Shown here: positions 37,201 through 39,937 of the stretch, piece by piece
Layout: each line of letters opens with the position of its first letter
How positions within the stretch are numbered: the stretch's first letter is position 1
Source: Candidatus Latescibacterota bacterium
GTDB taxonomy: Bacteria; Latescibacterota; UBA2968
DNA: 39,937 bases
Assembly: GCA_038279365.1 (NCBI GenBank)
Contig: JAYODI010000056.1
Coordinates: forward strand, 1-39,937
Direction: 5' to 3'
Made by a program: the position numbers and the translations under genes
Notes under the pieces: model-generated
The model's database searches: none
Told to the model about the DNA's origin: nothing
Seen by the model: only the letters and a program-made list of their open reading frames with translations

Positions 37201-39642
37201 TCACTTCTTAAACCCCTTCACCTTCTTCCGAATCTTTGCTTCAACATTGGCCGCCATTGGCTTCACGGGAATGGGCACCACATTATTCGGTTGCCCACCG
37301 GCCATTGAAACGGTTCCTGGGCGTGGATACTTTGGCACATAAGGTTCGCGCTCCAACATCGCATGCAACAACACCAACGCCGCCTCTTTGTCTGGAATGG
37401 TTCCTCGCGTATTGCCATCATCTCCGGGCGGCAAAGGTGCGCCCACACACGACGGACATCCGTCTTCACACGCACAATCTTCCACCACCATCATACACGC
37501 CGTCATCACCTCTTCCATCATCTCATAGGCTTTTTCGGAAAAACCAATGCCTCCCGGATGACGGTCATAAACAAATGCCGTAGGGTGCCCCGTGTTAGAA
37601 CTGTCTATGGTGGTACCAATATCCATCACATCACACATCGCAAACAAAGGTACCACTTCTCCCATCACATTGGCAATCCCTTTTAAACCTTCTGAAGGCA
37701 CGCGCCCATGAATGCGACATTGATTAATCCCATCTTGTGGTGGCACAACCCAACATGCGGCCGTGTCTAAGGTGCGCTCTGGCAAATCTAAATTTTCCCA
37801 CCCAATGCTGTCGCGATCTTCAAACTTCACCTTCTTAAACATCATCACCATCGTAGACACCGCCACCTCACCAAAACTCACCTCACTCACACGCCACTTG
37901 CCCGACATTTCGGTATCTTCAACTGTAATGCTCGTCTCATCCACAGCTTGTGTATAATAATCAACAGGCTTCTGGCTGACATTGGCAATCTTTCGATCTA
38001 CATCCAAGCGATCTACAAAATACGTTTGCCCATTGTGCAAATAAACCGCGTGGGTGTGAATTTGAAAAAACGCACTCACCTCATCCAATGTGCCAATCAC
38101 CTGCGGGCCATTTTCGGTCTCTTCCATGATCGTATACGTCGGCTCACTGATATTGCGCAAACCCACCTCTGCCGCCGGATACCCCGACCGAGAGTAAAAC
38201 CACTGCCCATTCAAATGCCGCGTCATGCCCTCATCGGCCAAAATCTCAAGCAAAGCCCCCGTAAACTCCCCCATCACCTCACCCTCTTCGGCACGCACAG
38301 GCAACTCTCTCAATGCACAACGCAAATGCCCCACCGCCAAATGCGGGTTGTTGGGGTCAATGGTTGCATGCTCGTGTGACTGCCCAAAGAAGTACGCTGG
38401 GTCGCGCATCAAAAACTGATCGATGGGCGCATTTTGCCCAATGAAAATAACCAACGACTCACCCGCCTGACGCCCTGCGCGCCCAGCTTGTTGCCAAATG
38501 CTTGACACACTGCCCGGATAGCCAACTATAAGTGCCGCATCTAATCCACCAATGTCAATGCCCAATTCCAAAGCATTGGTACTCACCACACCCAACAACT
38601 CGCCATTAAACAATTGTTGCTCAATATCACGTCGTTCAGATGGCAAATAGCCTCCGCGATAAGCCCGAATCGCTTGCCCCAATTTTGGGTTCACCTTCGT
38701 CAAATCATCTTGTGTATACCGATACAACACCTCAGCCGATGACCGTGCCCGCACAAAAGCAATTGTCTGTATCCGATTCATCAGCAACTTGCCCATCAAC
38801 CAACGCGCATCGGTATTGGGGCTGCGCCGATCACTTGTTGTGCCTTCTAAAAAAGGCGGATTCCAAAACACAAAATGACGTTTCCCCTTTGGAGACCCGT
38901 CATTGTCCACCAGCGTCATCTTTCGTCCAGTCAAAGCTTCGGCATGTTCTTTGGGGTTTGCAATGGTTGCTGAGCAACAAATAAACTGCGGTGTGGCCCC
39001 ATAATGCCGTGCCACACGCACCAACCGCCGCAACACATTGGCCACATGTGAGCCAAACACACCGCGATACGTATGCACTTCGTCAATGACCACATACCGC
39101 AAATTTTGCAAAAACCGCGCCCAACGCGGATGGTTGGGCAACACCCCCTGATGCAACATATCGGGGTTGGTCAAAATCACGCGCCCATCTTCTCGCAACG
39201 ACTTCCGTTGGTTGGGCGGAGTATCGCCATCATACGTGCCCGACACAAATTGCAACGCCTCATCCATCTCGCCAAACCGAGCCAAACCACGTGCCTGATC
39301 TTGTGCCAATGCTTTGGTCGGAAACAAATAAAGCGCTGTGGATTGATCATTTTCCAACAACGCGTTGAGTGTGGGCAACTGATAACACAATGTTTTACCA
39401 CTGGCCGTGGCCGTTACCGCCACAATTTCTTCCCCACGTTGCAAGGCGGCAAGCGCATTGGCTTGGTGGGTATATAACTGCGTAATATTCTGCTTGGCCA
39501 ACGCCTCTGCCACCACCGGATGCACCAACCCATCGTGCGAAGCAAATTGTGCTTCACGTGGTGGAAACGTCTCAACATGCGCAAGCTGACCCGCATACCC
39601 ATAGTCGCTGCGCACATTCGTGATAAATTGACCAAAGTCCAT
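37201..39642 (-). CDS. mrfA: DEAH-box DNA helicase with DUF1998 Zn domain (MrfA/YprA/SftH/Hrq1 family)
   Basis: YTHQ, TASGKT, FPTKALAQDQ, YDGDTP, DEVH, SAT, TNALELGIDIG, QQAGRAGR, YDRHPGGIG, CACEDGCPSC; start uncertain (39642 vs 39690). Confidence 0.88.
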   Translation of the reverse strand: MDFGQFITNVRSDYGYAGQLAHVETFPPREAQFASHDGLVHPVVAEALAKQNITQLYTHQANALAALQRGEEIVAVTATASGKTLCYQLPTLNALLENDQSTALYLFPTKALAQDQARGLARFGEMDEALQFVSGTYDGDTPPNQRKSLREDGRVILTNPDMLHQGVLPNHPRWARFLQNLRYVVIDEVHTYRGVFGSHVANVLRRLVRVARHYGATPQFICCSATIANPKEHAEALTGRKMTLVDNDGSPKGKRHFVFWNPPFLEGTTSDRRSPNTDARWLMGKLLMNRIQTIAFVRARSSAEVLYRYTQDDLTKVNPKLGQAIRAYRGGYLPSERRDIEQQLFNGELLGVVSTNALELGIDIGGLDAALIVGYPGSVSSIWQQAGRAGRQAGESLVIFIGQNAPIDQFLMRDPAYFFGQSHEHATIDPNNPHLAVGHLRCALRELPVRAEEGEVMGEFTGALLEILADEGMTRHLNGQWFYSRSGYPAAEVGLRNISEPTYTIMEETENGPQVIGTLDEVSAFFQIHTHAVYLHNGQTYFVDRLDVDRKIANVSQKPVDYYTQAVDETSITVEDTEMSGKWRVSEVSFGEVAVSTMVMMFKKVKFEDRDSIGWENLDLPERTLDTAACWVVPPQDGINQCRIHGRVPSEGLKGIANVMGEVVPLFAMCDVMDIGTTIDSSNTGHPTAFVYDRHPGGIGFSEKAYEMMEEVMTACMMVVEDCACEDGCPSCVGAPLPPGDDGNTRGTIPDKEAALVLLHAMLEREPYVPKYPRPGTVSMAGGQPNNVVPIPVKPMAANVEAKIRKKVKGFKK

Positions 39643-39937
39643 AAACGAAATATTGGGAATAAGTGTAACTGATGGGAACTGCGAAAACATCTGATTGAAT
39701 GTATCAAACGGAGAGGTTGAAACAATATACTCGGCAGTATAGCATGCGTCAATACAATCTTAACGGCGAGAAAAAGTCACAAACACGACACGATTATCTG
39801 AATACCAAAATGTCGTTGCAACCCAATTGCACGTCCACCACCTTACGCCCAAACCCCAAGAATATCCATATCCCTACCCAGATTTTATTCAATTGATTTA
39901 TACAGCCCAAGCTGTTGACTTCATCACACAAGCAAAA

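Noticed and set aside
37201-39690. DISARM or Druantia defence locus suggested by DUF1998
   Set aside because: Single helicase-DUF1998 fusion among housekeeping genes with no methylase or partner genes in the window; fits the MrfA/SftH repair family.

Overview
Gene-dense bacterial window of roughly 45% GC (estimated by eye), mostly minus-strand, with no rRNA, tRNA, CRISPR array or transposase seen. A C-terminal 'GDxNGDxxVGFxDFxxFAxxYG' dockerin/EF-hand-like tag suggests a Latescibacterota-like lineage (inference). In order it holds: an arsenosugar-type ArsM paired with a non-ArsS radical SAM enzyme; a beta-barrel and a DUF3179 lipoprotein; a frameshifted relic of a selenocysteine-encoding DUF3179 paralog (W-UGA-P-L-C plus a SECIS-like hairpin) absent from the ORF track; a large P-loop ATPase with MscS; and an AI-2E transporter. 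A ~13.6-kb tightly packed minus-strand operon (25725 to 12082) follows, then an Fe3+/thiamine-type ABC transporter, GH63, a second MscS, a NUDIX, transaldolase, a polyprenyl synthase and an MrfA/DUF1998 helicase. The best candidate for an undescribed system is in that operon: an apparently exported dikinase with glucan-water-dikinase domain order, two class A beta-lactamase-like serine hydrolases, a phosphodiester-glycosidase-like protein and two FGE/C-type-lectin-fold proteins, possibly an envelope phosphorylation/remodelling pathway. Family calls come from motif recognition only; no searches were run.
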